This document shows positions 63,975-64,000 of a DNA stretch of 64,000 bases, piece after piece (positions within the stretch are counted from its first letter, which is position 1; the number at the start of each line of letters is the position of its first letter). The DNA is from Methanocaldococcus indicus. GTDB taxonomy: Archaea > AGJL01 > Methanococci > Methanococcales > Methanocaldococcaceae. The stretch is from NCBI RefSeq assembly GCF_049554935.1, contig NZ_CP186926.1, positions 448,001 through 512,000 on the forward strand. The letters are read 5' to 3'. The notes beneath the pieces are model-generated. The model was not told where the DNA came from, ran no database searches, and worked only from the letters and a program-made list of their open reading frames with translations. Position numbers and translations under genes: made by a program.

Positions 63975-64000
63975 ATGTATAAAGCAACAGTAATAATAAA
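63975..64000 (+). CDS. purS: Probable PurS, 5' end (runs off window)
   Basis: MYKATVII.. directly after purC, the usual gene order. Confidence 0.6.

Overview
AT-rich archaeal chromosomal segment, almost certainly from a Methanocaldococcus-like (Methanococcales) methanogen: comA/comD, hcgF, methanogenesis marker 7, CTP-dependent RibK, F420-type TrxR, GGTGA ribosome-binding sites. The main block is a nitrogen-fixation region. It has nifH-nifI1-nifI2-nifD-nifK, two unknown small genes (one HypC-like), a ferredoxin, an unknown 212-aa gene and a lone nifE with no nifN. A modABC molybdate transporter lies next to it, and NrpR-type GGAA-N6-TTCC operators also occur at amtB. The window also holds an intein-bearing Hel308 helicase, two IS6 copies (one nested in a decayed DDE element), a small mobile-element-rich island at about 41.4-45.9 kb, an H/ACA sRNA, a C/D box sRNA and many housekeeping genes. 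Best new leads, none experimentally tested: a 34-aa His-rich mini-lipoprotein missed by the ORF track; a NifE whose C-terminus mimics NifD (possible NifE-NifK scaffold); a HypC-like gene in the nif operon; a 26-bp palindrome shared by the nifH and metal-ABC promoters; draG-like/amtB divergence across NrpR sites; and two tiny hairpin insertion elements. No database search was possible, so all family calls come from motif recognition.
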